From positions 128,001 through 192,000 of the forward strand of contig CAWGMK010000010.1 in the NCBI GenBank assembly GCA_963823655.1: 64,000 nucleotides of DNA. The letters run 5' to 3'. Below the pieces are notes generated by a model. That model did no database searches. It was not told the DNA's origin and saw only the letters and a list, made by a program, of their open reading frames with translations. Within the stretch, counting starts at the first letter, position 1, and every line of letters begins with the position of its first letter. Source of the stretch: an uncultured Bacillota bacterium (lineage in GTDB: Bacteria; Bacillota; DTU025; MWDF01). Positions 31,139-41,713 of the stretch are shown here, piece after piece. The position numbers and the translations under genes were made by a program.

Positions 31139-33002
31139 TTGAAGAAGGTTTTGCTGGCATCTTTCATTACGATTCTTCTCTTCACCTCCGGGTGCGTCCC
31201 GCAGGAGAACTGCCGCGTGAGCCTGTACGGAGAGGTTGTCGATGCGGCCACCGGCATGGGCCTGCCTGACGTCAAGGTGCAGGTCCTGGATGGTTCGTAT
31301 TATTGCGAGAGCGGCTCGGACGGTTCATATGAGATGCCTGTGATAAATATGAAGCCGGGGAAAGTAGTCCTGGTTTTCAGCAAGTCAGGATTCGGATCCG
31401 TTACCAAGGAAGTTGCAGTGTCTAGAAGCGGAAGCATACGAGTGGACGCGTCGCTTTTTGGCGAATCGGCCGGTGATGCCCTCGTAGAGTTTCAAGTTCA
31501 CGCTTATAAACGACTATGAGCCGGGGGCGGCCCCCAGATCAGCAGCCTCCTCCTATAAGTCAGTATTTGTTGAAGCCGGCGAACCATTGGAAGCAACTGC
31601 TGTTGTAGTATATCCCAGGGCAGGGAGCAAGTTCTCCGAGACTATGGAATCTCTTCAAAAGTTAGAAGCGGAGCTTATCGAAACGGACGCCGAGATGGGC
31701 TATTTGTTAGTTGGCGTCCCGGATGGCGTTGACTCATACGAATATGCTCAGATATTGGGCTCGCAGCCCTGGGCAGAAGATGCGGAGCCCGATTATATAT
31801 GTTTCCCTACAGGAGGTTATGTGCCCGACGACCCGTTGTGGCCATTGCAGTGGGGGCCTAGGGCCATGAGCATGCACAGGGCATGGATGTACGGCATACC
31901 TGCGGCTCCGGTAATCGTCGCAGTCGTTGACACAGGGGTGGACACGACGCACCCTGACCTTGAGGCAAGGTGCCTGCCTATGCTCAATGCGATAAACACG
32001 GATATGTTGGACAATGACGGACACGGCACGCATGTCGCAGGAATAATCGGTGCCACAGCCGATAACGGTATTGGCATATCAGGCGTCGTCGGTGCGATTA
32101 CCCTGCTTCCTGTAAAGGTGATGGACTTCAACGGATTCGTGACTACAGGGACATTAAGCAGCGTATCCAGGGGAGTAAGGCTTGCCACCGACAACGGCGC
32201 CGATGTCATAAATTTGAGCCTGGGCTGGCCGCTTATGTTCGCAGACTTCACTTTCAGGCTACTTAAAGAGGCGATAGATTACGCCGATTCGCACGGCGTG
32301 GCAGTGATTGCGGCGTCTGGCAACAACGGTTCTGACACGAATCTGACTATGCCGGCGAAGTACTCGAAGTGCTTCGCGGTATCGGCGGTGGATCCATACC
32401 TGTATGTGGCGGCTTACTCGAACACCGGGCCGGGGGCAGATGTATTCGGGCCTGGAGGAGGGGGAGGCTTTGACGGCGTGCTTAGCACTGTGCCTTATGC
32501 CAAGTATCCTTCAGGTTACATAAAAATGTCCGGAACATCGATGGCTACGCCTCATCTGTCCGGCGTATTCGCAGCCCTCATGTCCGCGGGGATGGATAAA
32601 GAGGAGGCAAAGGACGCAATTTCGTCTTCCTCCCAGTTTATCGAGGGTGAGGATATCGGGTTTGTTAACGCATATGCTGCGCTTTCCGGCGCAAGGGGCA
32701 GCAGGGCGCTCTTCTGGCTGTGCGATGACGTGGGCGAGCCGCTAAGCTACGCTTTTAGGGGATCGGACGGCTCGCGGGATATGACTGTCTTCGGCGACTA
32801 TTCAGGGCACGCATGGCTTTGCGGCTGGGTTCCGGTCTCCGGGGCCGATGCGCCGGTGCAGGGAGACTTCTTCGGAATCGAGGAAGTATTCGTTTCAGCG
32901 GATGGGGTATCAGGACTGCCTTCGATCTTCCAGCTCAAGTACTTCGACCTGGAGGACGATGGGCCGCTAGTGGTTAAATCGGTGCCGCCTGAATGGAATT
33001 AG
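31139..33002 (+). CDS. S8 subtilisin-family lipoprotein with N-terminal carboxypeptidase-regulatory-like domain (frameshift near 31500)
   Basis: Lipobox TSGC; VVDTG, HGTHVAG, AASGN and GTSMATPH motifs. Confidence 0.9.
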
Positions 33003-33072
33003 GGTGGCCGTGTCGAACAAACGGTATGATTAGGCGTCATTAAACATATCTGGACGATTTGGGGGGCCGACT

Positions 33073-34921
33073 ATGAAGAAATATTTGGCATTGGCCGCGG
33101 TTGCAGCCTTGATGCTGTCGCTATCCGGCTGTTTCGAAACGACAACATTCAGTCTTCAGATCGCAGGTGTCGTTACGGAATTCGGTTCATCGACGGCAAT
33201 TTCGGGGGTCACTGCGACAGCTACCGTTCAGGGCAAGTTTGGAAGCTGGCAGGACGTAACAGACCTTTCCGGAGGGTATTCCATTTCGCTAACGGGCTTA
33301 AGCGTAGGATCTGTGATTACAGTGGCCTTCGCGCATCCTGACTATATTCAGGATTCGGCGACCTTTACGAGGTCTTCAGGCGGAACCTATGTGCTTAACA
33401 TGGCCCTGACCGAGGAATTCACAGGGGCCACCGTTGAGGGCTATGCATCGCTCATGAACCTGGTACCTCCGGCGTCATCGGTATCCAGTGCAGTGAGGAT
33501 AGGGGCAAAAACGCAGAAGACGCCCGTGGTCCCGGAGGCAACAGAGGTCATACTTGCGCCCAAGGCGGGGGTGCGCATTGACAAGATAAACACTTTCCTC
33601 GCTGCAAACAATACGAAGTCAATTAAGACTTCCTTCGAACGCGGCTACTTGGTAGTGCCTGTGCCTGAAGGAAAGGATATTGACGAATTCATTAAGAAGA
33701 TCGAGGATGCCGGCATCGCAAGATATGTCGAGGCAAATGACTGGGCGGTCATAAACTCGTTCTGGGAGCCGCAAGACGACTATTTCCTCACTACGCAGTG
33801 GAATATGTTCGCCACCAGCATGCCATATGTCTGGGACATGGCTGATTTCGGCGCTGCCACAATTATCGCGGTGCTCGATACAGGAATTCTCTGCGGCCCA
33901 TCCTGACCTTGCGGGCAGGACGCTTACCGCTTTGGATACGATATATGAGCCAAGCGGCACGTTGGATGTGCATGGGCACGGCACCCATGTTACCGGGATA
34001 ATAGCCTCAATCATCGACAACAGCCAGTATATGGCGGGCATGAGCAATAAATCGGCACTGGTGTTGCCAGTAAAAGTACTGGGAGACAGCGGCGCAGGAG
34101 ACGCTGATTCTATCGCAGACGGAATCGATGCGGCAGTGGCAGCCGGAGCCGATATCATAAGCATGAGCCTGGGATACGGTGACGCGTCCCAGGCAGTTGA
34201 TAGTGGAGCAATCGAACGATGCCGTTGAGCTGCCGGTGTGACGATTGTGGCGGCGGCGGGAAACGCAGCGAAATGGCAGGTGGACTTCCCGGCTAACAAT
34301 CCAAATGTAATAGCTGTCTCGGCCGTAAGGCCCGATTTCACATCATCCGACTTTACAAATTACGGCTCGGAAGTAGATATCGCAGCTCCAGGAGGAAATC
34401 TTACTCCGCCATACCTAGGCGTGTGGAGCCTCTACCCTTCTGCCAAGGGGATGGTTGGTGAGTTGGCCGGAACGTCTCAGGCAACCCCTCATGTGGCTGC
34501 GCTGCTTGCGATGCTGATGCAGCAGGGGTACAGCAAGAACGCGGCAATCGACATGATGGGAAAGACTGCCCAGTATAATGACAGAGACCCGCTTTATTTC
34601 GGCGACGGGATTATCAACGCGCATGCAGCCCTAAACCAGCTAACCATGGATAAGGCGGTCTTCTGGCTGGCGGACATTTCTTCAGGCGATGCGGTTACAA
34701 GCCTGTACTTAGGCAGCATAGACCGCAGCTTTGAAGTACCCTTTGAGGAGGCACCGGGTGATTATTATCTTGCAGGCTGGGTTGACACCGATGCGAGCAA
34801 CACAATAAACGACGGCGACTATTACGGCTATGAGGAAGTCACTATAAGTCCAGCGGGGCTTCACACTGGCTCACGTACTGGAACTTGGGCTTATACAGCA
34901 CTTCAGGGCCCAGCTCAATAA
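33073..34921 (+). CDS. second S8 subtilisin-family lipoprotein (indels near 33890 and 34210-34230)
   Basis: Lipobox LSGC; VLDTG, HGTHVTG, AAAGN and GTSQATPH spread over three ORFs. Confidence 0.88.
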
Positions 34922-34997
34922 AGCAGAGACTTCTAATTGCTCCCGATTTTGCAGCTCCCAGTAAAGTAAGCCAAATCTGGGCACATTCAAGCTTGAG

Positions 34998-35032
34998 GCC
35001 GGGCCCGCCTGCAAAGGCGAGCCCGGCGTTTT
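34998..35032 (+). terminator. intrinsic terminator
   Basis: GCCGGGCCCGCCT...AGGCGAGCCCGGC followed by GTTTT. Confidence 0.75.
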
Positions 35033-35109
35033 GCTAAAGGGGAGCAGGCGAACGTGTTATAAACCCATTCCATCAAACCCGCAGTTAATGTATAATCTTT
35101 ATGTTATGC

Positions 35110-35186
35110 GGAGGCGTGGTGTAGTGGTCCAACATGCCTGCCTGTCACGCAGGAGACCGCGGGTTCGACTCCCGTCGCTTCCGCCA
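35110..35186 (+). tRNA. tRNA-Asp(GTC)
   Basis: Acceptor GGAGGCG/CGCTTCC; anticodon arm CCTGC-CTGTCAC-GCAGG; TTCGA; CCA end. Confidence 0.97.
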
Positions 35187-35276
35187 ATAACTTGATCTGG
35201 ATCGAAAGATAATGCATGGATGAAGAGCCAAATATTGCGGAAGCGTCGCAGTAAGGGCTATAATATTTCCTGCCGA

Positions 35277-35351
35277 GCGGATGTAGCCCAGTGGTAGGGC
35301 AATGGCTTCCCAAGCCATGTGTCGCGGGTTCGAATCCCGTCATCCGCTCCA
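35277..35351 (+). tRNA. tRNA-Gly(CCC)
   Basis: Acceptor GCGGATG/CATCCGC; anticodon arm ATGGC-TTCCCAA-GCCAT; TTCGAA; CCA end. Confidence 0.97.
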
Positions 35352-35540
35352 TTTTTATGCCCAGCTAAAGCTCACTAATGAATTCCATACTGTATTGCAT
35401 AAGCGCCTAGAAAAAGCACACCAAAACCACACCATCAAATATAATGCCTGCAAAACAGGCGTTTGAACTATTGCGAATTAGGCACGATTTTGAGAGGATT
35501 ATTATTGCCAAACTTGACCAGCTCCAGATTTAGGTCCAGC

Positions 35541-36238
35541 TTAAGGTTTGGGTTCCATAGGCTCGAAAACAGACGATATTCCAGCAGCACTTGGGAGTGG
35601 CGAGACAATTTCGAAGTAAGCCCCTTTGTCAGTTATTGTTGAACCCTCTGTAAAATCAAATTGGTAGAACGATGTACCGCTTGGCTTCTTCTGGTATCCA
35701 ATAACACCAATTACAAAATCGAACTGAACGAGTTGCTCAGTAGTATCAATCCTGTAACAAAGGGTGAAACTAAAGGTTTTTCCTTTTGATGACTCAGACC
35801 AAAAATTAGGTAACATTGATGAGTGTAGCCACTCATTCGTTGTTGTGTCATAGGAAATATTATCTCTTGACAATACTGTGCAGTATTGGGCTTCTTTCGA
35901 GGGAATTATTGTGGCAGGAGTGGGCTTTTTGTTATAGGCATCAATATAGTTTACACTGGCAGGAACAATAGGATGTCTGGAGCCAAACAAATCGGTATAA
36001 ACACAATTGTCCCAAAGGATTTTTATTGCTGAAGTGCTAACGTTGGCAAGTTGAAATTTGATTGTACTCCCGATGCTTGTAAAAGTTAACTCGATTTCCT
36101 CATTATTGAAGGTTTTGCCGGAGACCCATCTAGGGGCAACAAAATCCATCCATACTGATTTGTAAATTCGAGTGAAGTGCAACCACTCAAGGATACAAGA
36201 GCAACTACGGCCAACATAACAACTAATAGCCTTTTCAT
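35541..36238 (-). CDS. hypothetical lipoprotein (frameshifted after the signal peptide)
   Basis: ATG at 36238 with GGAGG RBS gives MKRLLVVMLAVVALVSLSGC; the body lies in ORF 35541..36182. Confidence 0.6.
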
Positions 36239-36249
36239 TGAACGCCCTC

Positions 36250-36430
36250 CAATATCTGCGCTAGTTCTTTCAGCCTAATCTCCAGGTTTCCTTCGACACT
36301 CCGAAGATCCGAGCCATAGCCCTTGCTGACTTTTACTTATTGACCTCTATACTTTCTTCGAGCATGAGAATAGAGGCTGCGAACCTACAAGCTTGGCGCT
36401 CTTCCAAGGAGTCCGAAACTATGCTGCTCA
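36250..36430 (-). pseudogene. ImmA/IrrE family metallopeptidase C-terminal remnant
   Basis: Minus strand reads EERQACRFAASILMLEE...*...AMARIFGVSKET(fs)LEIRLKEL, resembling the E-x-QA-x-x-FAA-x-LLM...LA-x-x-FGVS...RL pattern. Confidence 0.6.
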
Positions 36431-36708
36431 TTCGCATTACTTGTTGCTGTTCTGGGACTTGAGGTACTCAAGGGGGATTTGGATGAGTATTTCCCCTGCA
36501 TGGTAGTATGATTTCGCTGTAAGAAGGAGTTATCCTGCAATTGAGATAGTTGTATCAATCTAAAACCAGGAAGGGGAAGTATAGGGCAGTGTCAAGAATC
36601 CTTTGTACATTGATAGCCGCTTGGCATCCGGAAGTCAACTTATGAGAGCTTCATCAGAGGCGTCCTCCGGATTGTAGATATGCTCGGTACTCATGTAGAG
36701 CTTGTTGC

Positions 36709-36757
36709 CCCAAGCCATGTGTAGCGGGTTCGAATTCCATCATCCGTTCCATTTTTA
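36709..36757 (+). repeat. degenerate copy of the tRNA-Gly 3' half (att site)
   Basis: 45/49 identical to 35309-35357, offset exactly 1400 bp. Confidence 0.88.
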
Positions 36758-36792
36758 CCTCGGTTGAACACCAATTGCCCTCAGATTGAGGA

Positions 36793-37923
36793 CTAGCCGA
36801 TAAAAGCAGCTATCGCCCCCGCGACAGTTTCGATTTCATCATCGGTCATATATGCATGCATCGGCAGCGACAGTACGCGCCTTGATGCCTCAATGGAGTT
36901 TTCAAGAGAGACTAACGGCGGCTTTTGCCCGGAAATCGCCTTTTGCTGATGCATCGGTATAGGATAGTAAATCATCGAAGGAATGTCCCTTGCGCCAAGG
37001 AAAGCCTTAAGCCCATCCCTGGTCTTATTGTCTTCCAACAAGATCGTGTATTGGGCCCAGCTAGAGCCGAAGCCCTCAGGTACAATAGGAATGCCCACTT
37101 TGCCTTTCAACAGCTGGGAGTACTTATCTGCCACTATATTGACGCGGTTGATCTCGAAATCCTTAAAAGCCTTCAGTTTCTGAATCAGTATTGCCGCCTG
37201 CATTGTGTCGAGCCTGGAATTCAGTCCGACATTTATATTGTCGTACTGGTCCTCGACGGACCTTCCCAGGGCTCTCATCGATCTAAGCAGGTTGGCTATA
37301 TCCTCGGAGTCGGTGAATATGGCCCCGCCGTCGCCGTAACAGCCCAATGGTTTATTAGGGAAGAAGGAAGTTGTGGATATGTCGCCAAAGGAGCATGCCA
37401 TCTGCCCACCTATAGATCCTCCGAAGCCCTGGGCTCCGTCTTCCAGCACATTAAGGCCGTATCTGTCGGCGATTTCACGGATTTTCCTGTAATCAGCCGG
37501 CAGGCCGAAAAGGTCAACTGCCAGTATCACCCGTGGCCTCAACCTGCCTTCGCGGACTACTTCCGCAATTGCTGCCTCCAGAGAATCCGGATCCATATTG
37601 AACGTATCCAGGTCGATGTCCACGAACACCGGCTCTGCACCCCTAACCAGGATGCAGGTAACGGATGCAAAACAGGTAAAATCGGGGACGAACACAGCAT
37701 CACCGAGGCCTACGTTCCAGGCCATAAGCGACAATATAAGCGCATCCGTGCCGTTGGCGCAGCTTATGCAGTGTCTGCTATTCGTGAAGACTTTAAGCTC
37801 ATCCTCGAACTGGCCGACTTGCGGACCCAGGATGTACTGGCTATCCGTCATAGCAGTCGACATCGCCATATCTATATCGCCCTTAAGGGCAAGATATTGC
37901 CTTTTCAAATCCCGAAATAGCAC
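36793..37923 (-). CDS. DegT/DnrJ/EryC1/StrS family PLP-dependent aminotransferase
   Basis: CANGTDAL, EDGAQGFG, SFFPNKPLGCYGDGG and NSRLDTMQAA motifs. Confidence 0.95.
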   Translation of the reverse strand: MLFRDLKRQYLALKGDIDMAMSTAMTDSQYILGPQVGQFEDELKVFTNSRHCISCANGTDALILSLMAWNVGLGDAVFVPDFTCFASVTCILVRGAEPVFVDIDLDTFNMDPDSLEAAIAEVVREGRLRPRVILAVDLFGLPADYRKIREIADRYGLNVLEDGAQGFGGSIGGQMACSFGDISTTSFFPNKPLGCYGDGGAIFTDSEDIANLLRSMRALGRSVEDQYDNINVGLNSRLDTMQAAILIQKLKAFKDFEINRVNIVADKYSQLLKGKVGIPIVPEGFGSSWAQYTILLEDNKTRDGLKAFLGARDIPSMIYYPIPMHQQKAISGQKPPLVSLENSIEASRRVLSLPMHAYMTDDEIETVAGAIAAFIG

Positions 37924-38212
37924 TTGAATTGCTCCCTATCGTACGGCAGGAAAGCTTCTCATTTGCTTCGCGCCGTTTTCTATCCATCATAACAGGGTAT
38001 GCCCCCAAGACTTGAAACAAGCACGGAGGCATACGAGTACGCTATCGAATTGCATTCTGGATAATGTTGAATAACCGTAATAAGCGGGTGTGTTCAGCAA
38101 ATCCAAAGGTTGTGGATCCATCTGTCGCGAAGCAAAAACCTCAACCATCACTCATTCAGGTAGCTGAATTATCAGCGGCATCCTGGCCGAAAGCCAACCC
38201 TGGTTACAATCC

Positions 38213-38587
38213 TCAGGCCAGCTGAGCTCTGCCAAGGTCAAGGCATAATTCAATTTGCTGCCTGGCATCTGCCGCAGAATTTGAATCTGCTGTCTCCGAC
38301 GTGCAATGCGTATTTTCCGAATTTTCCACGTTGGAGCTTTCCAGCTCCTTCAGGTACTGCCAGCCCTTGCGCCTTATCAGGGCGCATGCGCTCGTTTCGC
38401 AGCTGCCGTTCAGTATAAGCTCGTCCTCTTCCAGCACTGCTAGTGCACATGATAAAGTCTCTCTATCAAGGCCCATGCTCTCGGCCATAGGAATCAAATC
38501 GATAAGCTTTGAGCTCTTGAATTCATCCTGCTTTTCGGATAGCCCTCTGAGGATATCGTCGCAAAGTCCCCTAGTAATTTTCTGCAT
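38213..38587 (-). CDS. hypothetical protein (possible winged-helix fold)
   Basis: GGAGG RBS before ATG at 38587; L..LEEDELI...IRRKGWQYL pattern. Confidence 0.5.
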   Translation of the reverse strand: MQKITRGLCDDILRGLSEKQDEFKSSKLIDLIPMAESMGLDRETLSCALAVLEEDELILNGSCETSACALIRRKGWQYLKELESSNVENSENTHCTSETADSNSAADARQQIELCLDLGRAQLA

Positions 38588-38917
38588 AATTCGCCCTCCA
38601 ACTTGAACTATTAAAACATAGATTAATGAGAAAGCAAAGACGAAATATGCTATGGAATCCATAGCTATCAACGATAGCCAATATTTGTAAGTCTCTATTT
38701 AGAGTATATGGCGCTTAGCAGGGATGAAGCCTCAATTAATCCTGTTTATCACTAAGGCCCGTAAACGGTTCCCCATCGTACTTCAAGCCATGGTTTCTTC
38801 CCCGCCCTTTCCTTGGGGGCATGTCTTCATCTGGCATAGTATGCCGAGGGAAATAGAGGTATATTGATGCGGACAGCGAATAACACATTAAATAGTGAAC
38901 AATTAAGGGGTGATAAT

Positions 38918-39046
38918 ATGGGAAAGAATAAGAAAGAACAGAAGCAGAAGGCTAAGCCCAAGCCGGTAGTGCAGGCTATGTCTGTGAAGGACGTCCTCGA
39001 GAAGCCGAGGGTCGGAAACCCGGAAAAGGGACAGAAGGGCAAGTAG
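38918..39046 (+). CDS. small Lys-rich hypothetical protein (42 aa)
   Basis: AAGGGGTG RBS; MGKNKKEQKQKAKPKP...; tandem TAG TAG stops. Confidence 0.5.
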   Translation: MGKNKKEQKQKAKPKPVVQAMSVKDVLEKPRVGNPEKGQKGK

Positions 39047-39353
39047 TAGCCTAAAGCCCGATTGCTGAATAATCACGTCCGTGCTCGGCAGGTCCGGCAA
39101 GAATAATTATGGCCAGCATCGAGAAATGTAACAGAGCAATAGCGACAATAGCGGCCAATAACCGGGTATCCCGGATCATGCGAGTGGGGAGCCCGGTTGC
39201 CCATATAAATGCGGATAATAAGGAAGAAAGCCAGAAAAGCCGGTAAATTGGAGAGCTGAGCCTAGAAATAGTTCGATAACCATAGTTTCTCCATGAATTC
39301 TTAACAAACTGTGTGTAACATTATCCATGTATCACATATAAGGAGGCTGGAAC

Positions 39354-40037
39354 ATGAAAAGAGCTCATTTATTGGTAATAATCCTGACAATGGTTATGAT
39401 TGCCGGGTTCGCAGCAATAGCCGGAGCATCTGATCAGCCGGGAGCTGCACCTATGTCGGCGCCAAAAGCGATGACTATGGAAGGGCCCAAGGCAATGGCT
39501 GCAGAGGGACCCAAGGGCATAGAGCAGATGATAGCCGAAAGCCAGATCAGGCCCATGGAGATACTCGTCAAGGTTTCCGGAAAGAGCCCTGAGCAGGTCA
39601 AGATGCTCGTTATGCATAAGGGCATGTGGGCCGCCGCGCAGCAGCTTAAGGCCGCTGACGCCCTGGTCACGGCCGTGGTACAGAAGAGGTTCGCGATGAT
39701 AGATTTCCTGGTAGCCAAAAACAAGATAGGCCTTAAGCAGGCATTGCTTGTCAAGATGGCGTTCTTGCGCCGCGTCATGACGCTGGTTTCCGAAAAACAA
39801 ATGGGCCAGGGGATGATGGGTGGCATGATGTCGAAGGCAGGGTGCAATTGCCAGATGATGGAGGCCGAAGGTTCTGGCATGATGGGCAAGGGCATGGGAG
39901 ACGGCGCCAAGGCAGGAGAAGGTAAAATGGGCCGGTCTCAGGAAACCGAAACAACTGCAGCGCCCGAAGGCGACAAGCCTGAGGTAGCGAAGCCCGAAAC
40001 AGCAGTTCCCGTGACTGCTCCTGAACACCAGCACTAG
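39354..40037 (+). CDS. secreted Met-rich hypothetical protein
   Basis: AGGAGG RBS; signal peptide (AGA); MMGGMM motifs; terminator follows. Confidence 0.75.
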   Translation: MKRAHLLVIILTMVMIAGFAAIAGASDQPGAAPMSAPKAMTMEGPKAMAAEGPKGIEQMIAESQIRPMEILVKVSGKSPEQVKMLVMHKGMWAAAQQLKAADALVTAVVQKRFAMIDFLVAKNKIGLKQALLVKMAFLRRVMTLVSEKQMGQGMMGGMMSKAGCNCQMMEAEGSGMMGKGMGDGAKAGEGKMGRSQETETTAAPEGDKPEVAKPETAVPVTAPEHQH

Positions 40038-40058
40038 AGGCAATCGAGCAGAAATTGC

Positions 40059-40090
40059 GGCAGCCCGTCCTTGAGGATGGGCTGCCATTT
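40059..40090 (+). terminator. intrinsic terminator
   Basis: GGCAGCCCGTCCT...AGGATGGGCTGCC followed by ATTT. Confidence 0.7.
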
Positions 40091-40094
40091 GCTT

Positions 40095-40340
40095 TCTATA
40101 AATTGCGGTTTCGGGACTGCCTAGGACATCAACTGCAAACAGAATCCGCCCATCGGGCAGCTTCTCCACAGACAGTCTTCGCTTTTTGTCATCAGCCAGT
40201 TTCCTGACGTGTTCAACCGCTTCTTCATTTTCGACGGTGACCACTACAGGTTTACCGCCCGAAATTGCCAAGGCACGCCTGACAATTGAAATCAGCAACG
40301 GTTTCTCAAGTCCGCAGGCGTCCACTTCAACTTAATTCAT
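40095..40340 (-). pseudogene. TusA/SirA-like small protein, disrupted
   Basis: MN*VEVDACGLEKPLL...VVVTVENEEAVEHV resembles TusA (VDARGLxCPxP) but lacks the CP motif; stop at codon 3. Confidence 0.5.
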
Positions 40341-40381
40341 AGATGCCATCCTTTTTAACAGGAATTTGCCCTTGTAACATA

Positions 40382-41495
40382 CTACTTCTTCAGGAATGAG
40401 CCCAGTAAGCCGCCCAAATCATCCATTACATTGCCGTCATCATCGGAATCCAGCAGTTTGGATGCCATATCCATAATGCCTCCTCCGCCGAGCTGATTTC
40501 ATTGAACCTGCAAGTGTTGAAGTAAGGCCGGCTACTCCGTCCGCATCGAGGTTCTGCTTCTTCTTCTGCTGTCCGAGCATTCCGAGCACCAGGGGCGCGA
40601 ACTGCGTCAGCAGCCCTGATACCTGGTTCGGGTCCAAACCTGTCTGTTTTGCGAGCTTGGTCTGCACTTTTTCGTTCTTGTCCGCGAAGACATGGCTCAA
40701 TATTTTGGCGCCGTCATTCCTGTCTACTTTGCCGAAAAAGCCCATAAGATCATCCACGCCGTCGTCCTGGTGGTTATCAAGCGCCTTAGCAAGGGATGCG
40801 GCGCCAGTACTGGTGCTGGCGTTTCTGCTGAGCGCCTGAAGTATTGCCGGCAAGCCCAGCTGTGCCACCTGTTGTGCCTGATTCGAGCTTACCCCCACCG
40901 ACTTTCCGAGGTTTCCGAGGGCATCGGAGCCGAGAAGGTTTTTTATATTGTCCATGATGTCACCGTCGCCGTCGGAATCCAGCAGCCTTGTGACCTGGCC
41001 GAGTATGTTGCTCCCGCCGGACTGATTTAGCGAACCCAGAAGGGAGGAAGCCAAACCGGCTACGCCACTAGCATCCACGCCCTGTTTCTTCTTCTGTTGG
41101 CCGAGGAAGCCGAGAATCAGGGGGGCGAATTGAGTCATAAGGCTCATTATCTGGTTCAGGTCCAAACCTGTCTGTTTGGCCAGGTTCGTCTGCACCTTCG
41201 TGTTCTTGTCCGCAAAGACGTGGTTGAGGATCTTCGCGCCGTCGTTCTTATCTACTTTGCTGAAGAAGCCTGCAATGTCGTCGATATCATCGTTTTGGTG
41301 GTCATCAAGCGCCCTGGCAAGGGAGCTTGCACCCTCGGCGGTACTTGCGTTACGGTTTAAGGCTTGGAGTATGGCCGGCAGGCCCAATTGGGCCGCTTTC
41401 TGCACTTTCGAGGGGTCCGCACCGACCGCTTTGCCCAGCTGGTTCAACGCGCCGGAGCTGCCAAGCTGCGAAGTCAAAAGCTCTAGAATGTCCAT
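40382..41495 (-). CDS. DUF937 domain protein with an internal tandem duplication (frameshift near 40490)
   Basis: Two 176-aa repeats (LPAILQAL.RNAST..GA.SLA.ALD.HQ...DGAKIL.HVF), each ending LLDSD.DG. Confidence 0.85.
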
Positions 41496-41713
41496 AATGG
41501 CTACCTCCTGTCTTTGATTACAGTCTAACACCGCTGGCAACGGCTGTAAAAAGTCCTCTGCCCCATACTGCCCGGCTCACCGGCCGCTCCAGGGCTAGCT
41601 TTCAGGTTGATTTTGCAGAAAAGTCCTGTAAATATAGATGAATTATTCCTTAAGGAAACGTCCGGATGTTAAAATCGTTTAGTAAGTATCAGATTTCGCC
41701 GGAGGTGTTGGCC

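Larger units (their letters stand above)
35309..36757. mobile_element. decayed integrative element remnant at tRNA-Gly
   Basis: Flanked by a 49-bp direct repeat of the tRNA 3' half; AT-rich interior; ImmA/IrrE-like fragment; no integrase left. Confidence 0.7.

Noticed and set aside
34205-34240. In-frame TGA in the second S8 protease (AIERCR*AAGVTIV) as possible selenocysteine
   Set aside because: Better explained by compensating insertions in AINDAVAAGV; the position is non-catalytic and I saw no SECIS-like hairpin.
35104-35352. 82-aa minus-strand ORF
   Set aside because: Antisense translation of two tRNA genes.
36695-36757. Possible second tRNA-Gly
   Set aside because: It lacks the 5' half and has mismatched T and acceptor stems; treated as an att remnant.
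38690-39340. Intergenic stretches checked for riboswitches
   Set aside because: No signature of the cobalamin, T-box, SAM, TPP or c-di-GMP classes was recognised.
39369-40037. Long 318-aa minus-strand ORF
   Set aside because: Mostly the antisense shadow of the Met-rich gene; only its 5' TusA-like part looks real.
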